A DNA stretch of 64,000 bases from positions 91,615 through 155,614 of the forward strand of contig CAWJAC010000005.1 of the NCBI GenBank assembly GCA_963840745.1. The letters are read 5' to 3'. The position numbers were made by a program, and so were the translations under genes. Position 1 is the stretch's first letter. Each line of letters begins with the position of its first letter. Positions 20,799-30,533 of this stretch are shown here, piece by piece. This DNA is from Candidatus Zambryskiibacteriota bacterium. GTDB taxonomy: Bacteria; Patescibacteriota; Minisyncoccia; Phycocordibacterales; WO2-35-19. Below the pieces are notes generated by a model, which did not search any database, was not told the DNA's origin, and saw only the letters and a list, made by a program, of their open reading frames with translations.

Positions 20799-22184
20799 AT
20801 GACTCTTAAACTTTTTAACACCCTTACTAATAAAAAAGAAAAATTTGTACCGATCAAAAGTGGCCGAGTTTCAATGTACAACTGCGGACCGACAGTTTAT
20901 TTTTTTGCCCACATAGGCAATATGCGCGCCTATGTTTTTGCCGACACCTTAAAAAGAGTTTTTGAATATTTTGAATATGATGTAAAACAGGTTATAAATA
21001 TCACAGATGTCGGCCATTTGACTAGCGATGATGATTTAAAAGGAGACGATAAAATCGAAACAGCTGCAAAAAAAGAAGGAAAAACTGCAGAGGAAATCGC
21101 CAGATTTTACGAAAACGCCTATTACAAAGACCTGAAAGACTTAAATATAGAGACAAAAAATACCGAGTTCCCCAGAGCAACCGAGCATATAAAAGAACAG
21201 ATTGAAATAATAAAAATTCTCGAAGAAAAAGGTTTTGCTTACAGAATTTCCGACGGTATATATTTTGATACCAGCAAGTTCAAAGGGTACGGCAAACTTG
21301 GAAATATAAACGTAAAGGAACAGAGAGAAGGGGCGCGAGTAGAAATAAACAATGAAAAAAGAAACCCGGCCGATTTTGCATTATGGAAATTTTCTCCGCA
21401 GACAAACTCAGCAGAGAAGCGTCTTCAAGAATGGCCGAGTCCTTGGGGTGTCGGTTTCCCGGGCTGGCATATAGAATGTTCGGCAATGAGCCGCAAATAT
21501 TTGGGTCAGCCTTTTGATATCCACACCGGAGGAATCGATCATATCCCCGTACATCACAACAATGAAATTGCCCAGTCGGAGGCCGCTTTTGGTGTGCCTC
21601 TGGCAAATTATTGGCTTCATAATGAATTTTTGGCAGTTGGTGGAGAGAAAATGTCAAAATCCATTGGAAATATTTTCACCATTTCTGATTTAAAAGAAAG
21701 GAGAATCCATCCTCTCTCCTTCAGATATTGGCTTTTGATTTCCCATTATCGCACTCCGGCAAATTTCACTTGGGAAGCAGTAGCCGGAGTTCAAAATGCT
21801 TTTGAAAAGATTATTAACATATATTCCGAACTGCCAAACTCTGACACGATCGATGAAGAGCTCTTGGATAAGTTCGCCAAAGCCATCTCAGACGATTTGA
21901 ATACTTCTGTCGCCATTGCCCTGCTTCAGGAAGCAAAGTCTAAATTTGCGATAAACGAAATGGATAAGGTCTTGGGACTTAATATCGCAAAATTGTCGAT
22001 AGAAATAAAAGAAAATATTCCGGAAGAGATTTTGGAAATAAAAAAAGAAAGAGATTTGGCGCGCCAAGAAAAAAACTGGCAAAAAAGCGATGAACTAAGG
22101 ACAGAAATTGAAAAGGAAGGCTATGTTTTGGAAGACAAAAATAATGGGGGTATTATCCGAAAAAATTTGTCCTCTTTGATTTAA
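20799..22184 (+). CDS. cysS: cysteine--tRNA ligase
   Basis: MYNCGPTVYFFAHIGNMR (HIGH), WHIECS, KMSKSIGN. Confidence 0.93.
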   Translation: MTLKLFNTLTNKKEKFVPIKSGRVSMYNCGPTVYFFAHIGNMRAYVFADTLKRVFEYFEYDVKQVINITDVGHLTSDDDLKGDDKIETAAKKEGKTAEEIARFYENAYYKDLKDLNIETKNTEFPRATEHIKEQIEIIKILEEKGFAYRISDGIYFDTSKFKGYGKLGNINVKEQREGARVEINNEKRNPADFALWKFSPQTNSAEKRLQEWPSPWGVGFPGWHIECSAMSRKYLGQPFDIHTGGIDHIPVHHNNEIAQSEAAFGVPLANYWLHNEFLAVGGEKMSKSIGNIFTISDLKERRIHPLSFRYWLLISHYRTPANFTWEAVAGVQNAFEKIINIYSELPNSDTIDEELLDKFAKAISDDLNTSVAIALLQEAKSKFAINEMDKVLGLNIAKLSIEIKENIPEEILEIKKERDLARQEKNWQKSDELRTEIEKEGYVLEDKNNGGIIRKNLSSLI

Positions 22185-22214
22185 AAGTCCCTTTCCGTTA
22201 AAATCTAAAAATAA

Positions 22215-22285
22215 GCGAGATTAGTTTAGTGGTAAAATGGGTGCTTCCCAAGCATCAGACGCGAGTTCGATTCTCGCATCTCGCA
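22215..22285 (+). tRNA. tRNA-Gly (anticodon CCC)
   Basis: 71-nt cloverleaf folded by hand. Acceptor GCGAGAT/ATCTCGC, D-arm GTTT/AAAT, anticodon stem GGTGC/GCATC with loop TTCCCAA, T-arm GCGAG-TTCGATT-CTCGC. No encoded CCA. Confidence 0.88.
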
Positions 22286-22294
22286 CTAAGGTTA

Positions 22295-22672
22295 TTATCT
22301 AAATAGTTCTGCAAAAAAATCTTTTATTTTTTGCCAAGAAGAAATATTAGCGCTGGAAGTAGTAGCAGGCTGTCCCTCATCTACAATAACTGCCACTCTC
22401 TCCCCAGCTTGAGCCACATTTAATTTCTGGCGTATTTCAAAATTCATGCCTTCACTGGTTGAGAGACTTGCAAGCGATTCCTTCAAAAATTGATCTCTCT
22501 CTTCGAGTTTGGTTTTTTCTTCTTCCATCTGAACCAAAAGTTTTTGAGCTTCAATTTTTTTCTGATAAACGTTTTTGACTGAATTTAAAAGAAATCCAAA
22601 AATCAAAAGCAGAGCGAGAAAAGCCGCCAATCTTTTCCATTTATTTTCTCCCCTACTTTTGATACCTCTCAT
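22295..22672 (-). CDS. FtsB/DivIC-like septum formation initiator (TM plus coiled coil)
   Basis: 125 aa with one TM followed by a coiled coil (KKIEAQKLLVQMEEEKTKLEERDQ). Confidence 0.5.
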   Translation of the reverse strand: MRGIKSRGENKWKRLAAFLALLLIFGFLLNSVKNVYQKKIEAQKLLVQMEEEKTKLEERDQFLKESLASLSTSEGMNFEIRQKLNVAQAGERVAVIVDEGQPATTSSANISSWQKIKDFFAELFR

Positions 22673-22834
22673 GCTAATATGCTTATATATTTGTATGATT
22701 ATATGCTATGATCATAGCATGCTCTGGGATAAAAAAACTCAAAAAATCATAAAAATCGCCTGGTTTATAGTGGCCATTTTCCTAGTTTTAGGCATGGTTC
22801 TTATGTACATGCCAAGTCTATTTTCATAACACTC

Positions 22835-23986
22835 CTACTCAGGCTTCATTATTTTTATAAAAACATCTTGAGGGATTGAGATTTTGCCTCTTTCTTTCAT
22901 TTTCTTTTTGCCTTTTTTCTGCTTTTCCCGCAGCTTCATTTTGCGGGTAATATCACCGCCATACATATGTTGGGTAACATCTTTTCTGTACGCTGAAATA
23001 GTGCGCGAAGCTATAATCCTGCCACGAGCTTGCGCTTGAACTTTAAGCTCAAACATTTGACGAGGCAGGAGACTTTTTAGTTTATCTACCAATATTTCTG
23101 CTTCTTTTTCAACAATTCTTTTTGAGACCACCCTGGCCAAAGCCGGCTCCTCATCACCACCAATTAAAATTGAAAGCTTAGTCACTTCCGCATTCCTCAT
23201 TTCAGCATTTTCGTAAGAGAGAGAGGCATAACCTTGAGAAGCGCTTTTGAGCTTGTCAAAAAAACCGCGCATCAGTTCACGCAGAGGCATCAGACATTCA
23301 ACGTCAGATTTATCGTCGCCAAAACTTTGGGTTGAAGTTACTTCGGCCTCAAATTCATAAAGCAGAGGCATCAAGCCGCCGATATATTGAGTAGGGGCTA
23401 TAATGTGCACCTTTATCCAAGGCTCTTCCACTTTTTCGATCAACCCGTCTTCAGGAAAAAATGCCGGTGAAAATATTTTGGTTATTTTGTGGTCTTTACC
23501 TTCTACTTCATAGGTAATGGACGGTTGAGTAATAACCAAAGAAAGATTGAATTCTCTCCTCAGCCGCTCGGTTATAATTTCCAAATGGAGCATGCCCAAA
23601 AAACCGCACCTAAATCCCTTGCCCAAAACGCCTGATGATTCTTCCTCATAATAAAGAGATGAATCGGTTAGTTTTAGTTTAGCAAGAGATTGTCTGAGCA
23701 AGAGCAAGTCATTTTGGTCTTCGGGAAATATGGAGGCCCAGACGACAGGATTGGGAATGGCGTAACCTTCCAGAGCTTCTCCCTTTTCTTTTTCTTTGCC
23801 GACAGTATCACCGACTCTTACAGCGCCCGGAGTTTTGATACCGGTTACTATATAACCTATTTCTCCAGCCGAAAGCTTCTCGACCGCTATTTCTTCCGGA
23901 TGAAATATACCGACTTCCAAAGCTGTAAATTTCTGGCCAGCTATCCTAAAAATTAAATTGTCCCCCGACGACACTTCCCCACTCAT
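22835..23986 (-). CDS. lepA: elongation factor 4 (LepA), C-terminal fragment
   Basis: Domains II-V and the LepA C-terminal domain (..MYGGDITRKMKLREKQKKGKKKM). The alternative frame upstream reads [20 protein letters not shown] and joins the N-terminal fragment. Confidence 0.88.
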   Translation of the reverse strand: MSGEVSSGDNLIFRIAGQKFTALEVGIFHPEEIAVEKLSAGEIGYIVTGIKTPGAVRVGDTVGKEKEKGEALEGYAIPNPVVWASIFPEDQNDLLLLRQSLAKLKLTDSSLYYEEESSGVLGKGFRCGFLGMLHLEIITERLRREFNLSLVITQPSITYEVEGKDHKITKIFSPAFFPEDGLIEKVEEPWIKVHIIAPTQYIGGLMPLLYEFEAEVTSTQSFGDDKSDVECLMPLRELMRGFFDKLKSASQGYASLSYENAEMRNAEVTKLSILIGGDEEPALARVVSKRIVEKEAEILVDKLKSLLPRQMFELKVQAQARGRIIASRTISAYRKDVTQHMYGGDITRKMKLREKQKKGKKKMKERGKISIPQDVFIKIMKPE

Positions 23987-24039
23987 TATTCTAGCAAAAA
24001 CTATGATGCCCCGATGAGTTGAATACTTAAAATCAAAAA

Positions 24040-24624
24040 CTAAAGCTTGGAGGGCGGCAAATGACCCTTGAACTGCCCCTGAAGAGGACGCGGGGCGGGA
24101 ATTTTTTCTACAATAGTCTCCAAAAGTTTTTCTACCCCCTCCCCTGTTTTGCCTGAAGTCTCTATTATTTCATCTTCTCTGCATCCTATAAGAGAGACTA
24201 TTTCGTCTTTGACCTCAGAAACTCTGGCTAAGGCCGAATCTATTTTGCTTAAAGCGGGTATGATAGAGAGTCCCTGTTTTTTGGCCATAGCGAGCACGGA
24301 TAAAGTCTGGGCTTCAATACCTTGAGTAGCATCAACCAATAGAACCACCCCTTCTACGGCGCTTAAGGCTCGGGAAACTTCATAAGAAAAATCTATGTGC
24401 CCCGGTGTGTCAATCAAATTAAGAATATAATTTTTCCACAGCATCCTGACCGGCTGCATTTTTATGGTGATGCCCCGCTCCCTTTCCAATTCCATATTAT
24501 CCAAAACCTGCGCTTTCATTTTGCGTTTCTCAATAGTGTTTGTAATTTCAAGCATACGGTCCGCCAAAGTGGACTTGCCGTGATCTATGTGCGCTATAAT
24601 CCCAAAGTTTCTAATGTTTTGCAT
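24040..24624 (-). CDS. lepA: elongation factor 4 (LepA), N-terminal GTPase fragment
   Basis: AHIDHGKST (G1), DTPGH (G3). Frame is lost after EKIPAP at a C-run near 24090. Confidence 0.88.
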   Translation of the reverse strand: MQNIRNFGIIAHIDHGKSTLADRMLEITNTIEKRKMKAQVLDNMELERERGITIKMQPVRMLWKNYILNLIDTPGHIDFSYEVSRALSAVEGVVLLVDATQGIEAQTLSVLAMAKKQGLSIIPALSKIDSALARVSEVKDEIVSLIGCREDEIIETSGKTGEGVEKLLETIVEKIPAPRPLQGQFKGHLPPSKL

Positions 24625-24636
24625 TCTAAATATAAT

Positions 24637-26313
24637 TTACATCATCTCTGGATCCGGGCTGATAATCTTAGCGCGCCAGATTTTTTTGTGAAGAACGGCC
24701 CAAACTTCTTTAAGTTCCGGCGAACCCAAAAGATAAAGAACAACAATGCCGGCAGCGACACCAATGATACCGGAGAAAAAACCCTGGAAAAAAATACCGA
24801 CAACCTTGTTTAGGTTGAAAATATTGTCAAAAATATTGAGTGAAAAATATGATACAAATCCCATAACAATTGAGGTCGCCAATACTTGAAAAAAAGTTTT
24901 CAAAACTCCTCTTGAAAATCCTTTGTAATCCCTTTGGAAAACAATCCAGAGGACAACCATATTGAAAAGCTCTCCGATTGACCAGCCCAAAGGCAAAGTC
25001 AGAACGATGGTGCCGGGAATGTCTTTGACCCGAAGTACCGTTTCCAAAATATTCCTAAACATGGGCGACATTCCGTACAAAACCATGAAGCTGAAACCTA
25101 ACGCCACAGTGAGGAATGCGTTGATGCCTTTGGCGATGAAAGGTTTTTTGGTGTTACCGGCTGCGTAATAGGCCCTGACAAACAAAAGGGTCATGTTTTG
25201 AAAAATGATGGAGGCGGCAAAGATAGCCAGAGCGGCGGCCGTAAGCCTGGTATCATACCAGTTGAACTGTCCGGAACCCAAAATGACCCGAACGATCTGA
25301 GCTCGGAGAACAATAAACATTGTGACGATTGGAACCGACCAAAAAATTATATGCTTGGCGGAATTGATCATCTGTTCTGTAAATTTTTTTGTATCGCCAG
25401 CCAAAAAAGACTGTATGAGTACCGGAAAAGCGGCTAGAGAGTAGCTGACACCAATAATAGAAAGAGGAACTGATTGCAAGTTGTAAGAAAAATTAAACAC
25501 AGCGATAGAACCGGCGGTCATTATAGAGGCAAACGAGACTAAAAATATCATGGAGATGTTGTCCGAACCTAAAGTGAAAGTTCTGGGCACCGAGACTAAG
25601 AGCACTTGTTTAATTTCCTTGAGATTATATCTCAGCCGGAGGCGCGGCAACATGCCGCGTTCGTGTATAAGAGGTATCTGAATTGCAAAATGAAAAAAAG
25701 CTCCAACAATCACTCCATAGGCTAGACCGGAGAGGCCAAAAGCCGGATACAAAAAGATAATTCCGAAAATTATACCAAGATTATAAAGTATCGGACTTAA
25801 TGAATAAAGGAAAAATCTCCTGTAAGCCTGAGTCAAGGTTCCAAAAATATTCGAGAGACCGAGGAATATGGGCGACAAAAGCAAAATTCTGGTCAGAGAG
25901 ATAACCTTGGTCAAGCTATTAGCGTTAAAGCCCGGAAAAAGATAGCGGGACAGCTCCGGAACAAAAAAGAAAACAACGGCGCAAGTCAGAACGATAAAAA
26001 GAAAAAAGAAAGAAAAAATATTGCCGATGAATTCCCTTCCGTTATCCTCGTCCTTTCCAAACCTTTCCATCATGAAAGGAATCAGAACGGAAATAGAGAC
26101 CATCGAGCCGACCGTGATGAATATAAAATCCGGTATTCTGAAAGCGGCATAATAAATATCCAAAGTATTGGTTGCTCCGAAATGGGCGGCCAAAATCCTA
26201 TCCCGAACAAGCGCTAAAATTTGGCTGCACAAAGCAAAAAATCCGAGAAGATACGCCGCCTGATGAAGACCGGATATTTCCTTGTGGAATATGCCTAATA
26301 TGCGTTTAACCAT
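24637..26313 (-). CDS. murJ: lipid II flippase MurJ/MviN
   Basis: 558 aa, about 14 TM, N-terminal ..RDRILAAHFGA..DIYYAAFRIPD. Confidence 0.88.
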   Translation of the reverse strand: MVKRILGIFHKEISGLHQAAYLLGFFALCSQILALVRDRILAAHFGATNTLDIYYAAFRIPDFIFITVGSMVSISVLIPFMMERFGKDEDNGREFIGNIFSFFFLFIVLTCAVVFFFVPELSRYLFPGFNANSLTKVISLTRILLLSPIFLGLSNIFGTLTQAYRRFFLYSLSPILYNLGIIFGIIFLYPAFGLSGLAYGVIVGAFFHFAIQIPLIHERGMLPRLRLRYNLKEIKQVLLVSVPRTFTLGSDNISMIFLVSFASIMTAGSIAVFNFSYNLQSVPLSIIGVSYSLAAFPVLIQSFLAGDTKKFTEQMINSAKHIIFWSVPIVTMFIVLRAQIVRVILGSGQFNWYDTRLTAAALAIFAASIIFQNMTLLFVRAYYAAGNTKKPFIAKGINAFLTVALGFSFMVLYGMSPMFRNILETVLRVKDIPGTIVLTLPLGWSIGELFNMVVLWIVFQRDYKGFSRGVLKTFFQVLATSIVMGFVSYFSLNIFDNIFNLNKVVGIFFQGFFSGIIGVAAGIVVLYLLGSPELKEVWAVLHKKIWRAKIISPDPEMM

Positions 26314-26358
26314 TAGTTACTAGAATACCACAATTTCACCGCCTACCAAAAACAGAAA

Positions 26359-26381
26359 GTATCAAAGGCAGCCTTTGACAC
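26359..26381. terminator. hairpin, copy 1 of the GTGTCAAAG/CTTTGACAC family
   Basis: gtatcaaagg-cag-cctttgacac, directly downstream of the repeat-protein stop. The minus-strand reading is followed by a T-rich tract. Confidence 0.55.
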
Positions 26382-26391
26382 GTTTTAACCT

Positions 26392-27622
26392 CTATCTAAA
26401 TTTGACACTGCCACCGCTTCCGCCACCGCGAATTTTGATGTTGGGGTTGGTTGCGTTCGGAGTTCCAGACCCACGGATTTTAACATGGGGAATGCCGGCG
26501 GGTGGCGGAGCTTCGCCGGGAGAGAAAAGTCCTATTGAAGTGACGGCCGAAGTGACAGTCGGGTCGGTTGTGGTAAATTCAAATTTGTAATAAAAACTGG
26601 TGCCAGTCAAGGAGAGAGACGACAAATTGATGGCGGTGGCATCGGTCATATGATTGCCAGATGATAAAGTGTCTGAACCCCATTTTACGCCACTTGAACT
26701 ATACCAGTCGCCACTGGCGGTTGAAGTTGAAAACTGGACAGTAACAGTAGTACCGGACGGCAGAGAAGAAACGTCGTAGCCAAAGAGTTCATTGCCTATG
26801 AGTGTCCCTCCGCCGGCGAGAAGGTTGGTAGACACCAAATCTCCCTGTTTGTATGTCAATATCCCTGAGCCGGCGGTATAATCCACGGCAACCGAGTCAA
26901 CATTCGGCGTATTATCAAAACCTGTGGTTGTAAAATGCAATTTATAATAAATCAGCGGCCCGCTCCAATTTAAAGCCGAAAGACTGATTGTGTTGGAGCC
27001 ATTCACCAGCGAATTTTCAGTCCAAGCTGTGCCGGTATTGTCATACCAATTAATTTTGTCACGAGAAAATTGGACGGTGACAGTTTGACCGGTGGTAATG
27101 GCAGTGGTAGCTGAAAATTGGGTGATGGCGCCGACATTGGAGAGGCCGGCCAAAAAATTGGTAGAAACCAAATCGCCATCCAAATAATAATCATGAGTCG
27201 GCCCGGCGATTTGAGTATAGCTCACATTGACAGCGTCAATTTGTGGAGTGCTGGTGGTAGCATTGCGATTGATATTTAATTTATAATAAAATACCGGACC
27301 AGTCCAACCAAGAGCGGAAATGTTGATGGTATTGACACCATTAGCAAGAGAATCTTCACCCCAAGCGGTGTTGGCGCTGTTATACCAATTAATTTTATTT
27401 CTAGAAAACTGCACAGTGACGGTTTCGCCAGCCCCAATGGTGGTGGTAGCCATAAACTGAGTAATGGCACCAACATCGGTCAAACCAGTCAAAAGATTGG
27501 TGGAAACCAGTGAGCCGGTTTTGTAATAGTCGGTGGCGTAAGCCGAGTGGGCGCCAAAAAAGAAAAAATACAAAAAGAAAAACGGTCATGAGTATAAATT
27601 TCGATTTGTAAGTTGCTTTCAC
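26392..27622 (-). CDS. secreted protein with three tandem ~113-aa repeats and a Gly/basic C-terminal tail
   Basis: Repeats share DLVSTN.LAGL..VGAITQF.ATT...G.TVTVQFSR.KINWY....TAW.E.SL.NG.NTI..SAL.W.GP..YYKL. The signal peptide (GTG 27622, MKATYKSKFILMTVFLFVFF) is in another frame and joins across a T-run near 27560. Confidence 0.6.
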
Positions 27623-27805
27623 CTGCTTTATTTTATCATACTTTTAATCATTTTTATCGACCTAAAATCGTCACCAAATTGAAACATGCCCAGGTGCTTT
27701 AGCGGCACTATTTAAAACGGTTTTTCGCCTTAATCCGAAACTTTCAGCGTGAATAAAATGTCCTAAATACGAATTGACTCGTGACACATATTTTTTCAAA
27801 CACCA

Positions 27806-27828
27806 GTGTCAAAGGGCATCTTTGACAC
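27806..27828. terminator. hairpin, copy 2 of the GTGTCAAAG family, abutting the RT-1 stop codon
   Basis: gtgtcaaag-ggcat-ctttgacac (9-bp stem), 1 nt from the RT stop at 27830-27832. Confidence 0.5.
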
Positions 27829-27829
27829 G

Positions 27830-28810
27830 TCAAGGTTGAATCTTGACTTTTTCGTAAATTTTATTTTTGCAATTTGAAACCACCCGCCGACGAATCAGCA
27901 TATAATCCGGTTTTATAAAATAGCCCAGAAAATCAATCCCATGGTTGGTTTCTTTTAATTTTGTCTTATCAAGATTCAATTTTATGGCCAAGCGATTCCC
28001 CAGAAAATTATTTATAACCGCTTCCAGCGCCAGCAATTTGGACTCGTCATTGTGAAGCAGGACAAAATCGTCCACATACCTCACATAATATTTCATTTCC
28101 AATTTTTGCTTTACAAAATAATCCAGTTCATTCAAATACATATTGGCAAAAAACTGCGAGCTGTAATTGCCGATGGGAAGCCCCGAGCCTTTGGGCGCGT
28201 AAAAAAGTGACTTGCGCCGCGGAATCAGATCAAACAAACGCCGGTCGCCCCTTATCTCGCAATTTTTGGCTGGTTCATGGAAAGTGATTGTTGAACCGAG
28301 CCAAAGTATTTCTTTTTTCCATTCTTCTGTCCGCTCCGCCTTCAAAATAAAATCATTAAAAATATAAAACAATATATCGTGTTTGATAGAGACAAAAAAA
28401 TTTTTGATATCAAGCTGAAGATAATGTACTTTGTCTTTCCCTCCACGCGAACAGGCGCGCAAGTATCTTCTCAGGGTTTTTACAGCTTGGTGCGTCCCCT
28501 TACCTTTGCGACAGGCAAAACTATTAAAGAAAAAACACTTGTCGCTTTCATCCAAAATTTCTCTAACCATTAAGTGGTGAACGATGCGGTCGCGAAAATC
28601 GGCGGCAAATATCTCTCTCGGCTGGGGATATTTAACCACAAAGCATATCGACCGGCCGGGCGCATAGGTTCCGTTTTTCAGTTCAGTGAGCAAATTCATC
28701 AAATTCTCTTCAAGATGGTACTCAAATTTCAAGGCGTTGTCGGTGCTGCGCTTATTTTTCCGGCAATCCAAATACGCTTTGTATAAATTAGTATATGAAA
28801 AAATAGTCAT
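27830..28810 (-). CDS. DGR-1 reverse transcriptase
   Basis: Start at MTIFSY (28810). RT motifs REIFAADFRDRIVHH and YVRYVDDFVLLH (YxDD). DGR-type motif LPIGNYSSQFFANMYLN. Confidence 0.9.
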   Translation of the reverse strand: MTIFSYTNLYKAYLDCRKNKRSTDNALKFEYHLEENLMNLLTELKNGTYAPGRSICFVVKYPQPREIFAADFRDRIVHHLMVREILDESDKCFFFNSFACRKGKGTHQAVKTLRRYLRACSRGGKDKVHYLQLDIKNFFVSIKHDILFYIFNDFILKAERTEEWKKEILWLGSTITFHEPAKNCEIRGDRRLFDLIPRRKSLFYAPKGSGLPIGNYSSQFFANMYLNELDYFVKQKLEMKYYVRYVDDFVLLHNDESKLLALEAVINNFLGNRLAIKLNLDKTKLKETNHGIDFLGYFIKPDYMLIRRRVVSNCKNKIYEKVKIQP

Positions 28811-28829
28811 AACATAAAACCCCACAAAA

Positions 28830-28860
28830 GACAGTGTCAAAGGCCGCCTTTGACACTGTC
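28830..28860. repeat. hairpin, copy 3 of the GTGTCAAAG family, at the avd/RT junction
   Basis: gacagtgtcaaagg-ccg-cctttgacactgtc, a perfect 14-bp stem. Contains the Avd stop codon. Confidence 0.6.
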
Positions 28861-29298
28861 TGCCCATTTGGCCCAGCCGCCGGCCATTTTTTCCATTTCG
28901 GCTATAAACTGCTCCTGCAAATGAGCAAACTGGTTTATTGAAATCAAGTTTATTTCTTGCGACATCCGCAAACGCATTTTCAATCTTTTAAATGCGGCGG
29001 CAAGCTCTGCGATCTTCTCTGCTTTGCGGTCATTGGGAAGAATATTTATTTCAACCACCAAATCAAGGCAACGCCAAGACAAATCAAGAATTTCCCGGCC
29101 GAGAGAATATTTATGTTCTCTCGGAAAACTGCGGATAATATTGTGCAAATACTTCGTCATCGCGTAAGATTTGCGGTAAAGAGACAGATTTTCGCAATCG
29201 CTCATTTTTTGGTTGTTTGGCTGTCTGAATAGGCGCTTCCCTTCTTTAGTGTGCAGAAGGTGCCCTTCTGCATTTATTTGCGGCAAACGCCCATTCAA
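28837..29298 (-). CDS. avd: DGR-1 accessory variability determinant (Avd-like four-helix-bundle protein)
   Basis: YRKSYAMTKYLHNIIRSFPREHKYSLGREI...EMEKMAGGWAKW. The likely true start is MSDCEN at 29205 (122 aa). Confidence 0.8.
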   Translation of the reverse strand: MNGRLPQINAEGHLLHTKEGKRLFRQPNNQKMSDCENLSLYRKSYAMTKYLHNIIRSFPREHKYSLGREILDLSWRCLDLVVEINILPNDRKAEKIAELAAAFKRLKMRLRMSQEINLISINQFAHLQEQFIAEMEKMAGGWAKWADSVKGGL

Positions 29299-29317
29299 AC
29301 CTTGCTTTTATAAATTT

Positions 29318-29441
29318 CCCGGAGACGCACCGCACGGCGTAGGCGTTATTCTTGTTGTTGTTGTTGTTCGGCACACCAGTGCTGAAATTGACGTTCCAAG
29401 CGTTCGTGGCACTGTTCTCAGTAGAGCTCCAGTATATGGAG
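29318..29441 (-). repeat. DGR-1 template repeat (TR)
   Basis: 124-nt gap-free match to 30540-30663. Coding-sense TR contains AAC AAC AAC AAC AAC. All 9 differences lie at TR adenines. Confidence 0.92.
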
Positions 29442-29618
29442 AACTGAATTCTCCCGCCTTTTCAATTCTCAAATATCTTAAAAAAATATTTTGCAATCAA
29501 TTCCCCATCATATTTGATGTAGGCGCGGGAGCGTGGTTTATATAGCAATCTCTCTTAAATCCGCGCAGCTTTTGCCGCAACAGCACTTAAGATTCCGGCC
29601 AAAGTTAATTAATAAAAT

Positions 29619-30449
29619 TTAATTTTCAATTTTCTTTTTGTTTTTCCGATTTTTCAAAAAATTTTTCTTTGACACAACTGACTTGCCCAGTTCTTTTTCA
29701 AGCTCTTTTCTGGCATTTCCGGCTATTTTTCCGCCTCGGTTTGCGTCTTGTTTTAGTTTTGGAATTCCCCTTGAATCTTCCTGACGATGAATTTCGGTTG
29801 TTGAACGCTCACCCAACATATTAAAAATAAGTTCAAAATCATCCATATGATCACGCAGATTTTCTCTTTTGAGTCCTTTTAGTTTTTTGTATTCACTCGG
29901 AGTAACGCCAAAAGTGGCTTTGGAAATTTCGGCAGTTAAAATTTCATATTCTCTTTCTTCTTTAGCTCCTCTTTTTTTCCATTCATCCGTCAATTCCTCG
30001 CGAATGGCGATGCCTCTCATTCTTTTCTCTATCCAATCATCGGAATATCCTTTGAGTTTGTAAAGTATCCTGGTTCTTTTTGTAGCCAATTCCGGATTTT
30101 CAATTTCTTGTACTCTTTCATACCCCACTTTTGCCAACCAGCGTTTGAATGGTTCAGCTTTGGGCGAAGGAATTGATTGGATGATGCGAAACATACCTTC
30201 CACATCGGCGCAATCTGTTTCTCTCATTTTTCCGTCTGGGGCTGGTAATTTCAACTGTCTACAAATTGTAGATAGTTGAAATCCGTCTTCATTTTTAATC
30301 CTAGCTTTCATAGCTGTCCAATATGCACTTGGTCTATCACTATCCGTCAATGTTTCTATAACATCAATAACAGAAAACCACCATTCATTTTGAAAAATGG
30401 TTTTTCTAATTTTTCGACCTTTAAATAACGCTATTTTTGTTGTTTCCAT
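29619..30449 (-). CDS. Bro-N / DNA-damage-inducible protein D (DinD)-like protein
   Basis: N-terminal Bro-N pattern (IRKTIFQNEWWFSVIDVIETLTDS..P..YW). C-terminal DinD-like region (AKVGYERVQEIENPELA...LTAEISKATFG). Confidence 0.7.
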   Translation of the reverse strand: METTKIALFKGRKIRKTIFQNEWWFSVIDVIETLTDSDRPSAYWTAMKARIKNEDGFQLSTICRQLKLPAPDGKMRETDCADVEGMFRIIQSIPSPKAEPFKRWLAKVGYERVQEIENPELATKRTRILYKLKGYSDDWIEKRMRGIAIREELTDEWKKRGAKEEREYEILTAEISKATFGVTPSEYKKLKGLKRENLRDHMDDFELIFNMLGERSTTEIHRQEDSRGIPKLKQDANRGGKIAGNARKELEKELGKSVVSKKNFLKNRKNKKKIEN

Positions 30450-30533
30450 TTTTTTATTCTCTTTTTTCGCGCGAGGATGGGAAAATAAAACTAAATTAAA
30501 AATTAAAAAATTAATAAATGGGGCAAATGGGAA

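Noticed and set aside
26392-27622. The three-repeat secreted protein as a second DGR-1 target.
   Set aside because: I found no stretch resembling TR-1 in or near the gene. Its only link to DGR-1 is adjacency and the shared hairpin motif.
29213-29545. Track ORFs overlapping TR-1, VR-1, TR-2 and VR-A (29213-29545 +, 29308-29496 -, 30503-30712 -, 52972-53190 +, 53359-53553 +).
   Set aside because: They are read-throughs of the GC-richer DGR repeat sequence in wrong frames or on the wrong strand. They show low-complexity Val/Pro/Arg-rich translations and no start context. The repeats themselves explain the signal.
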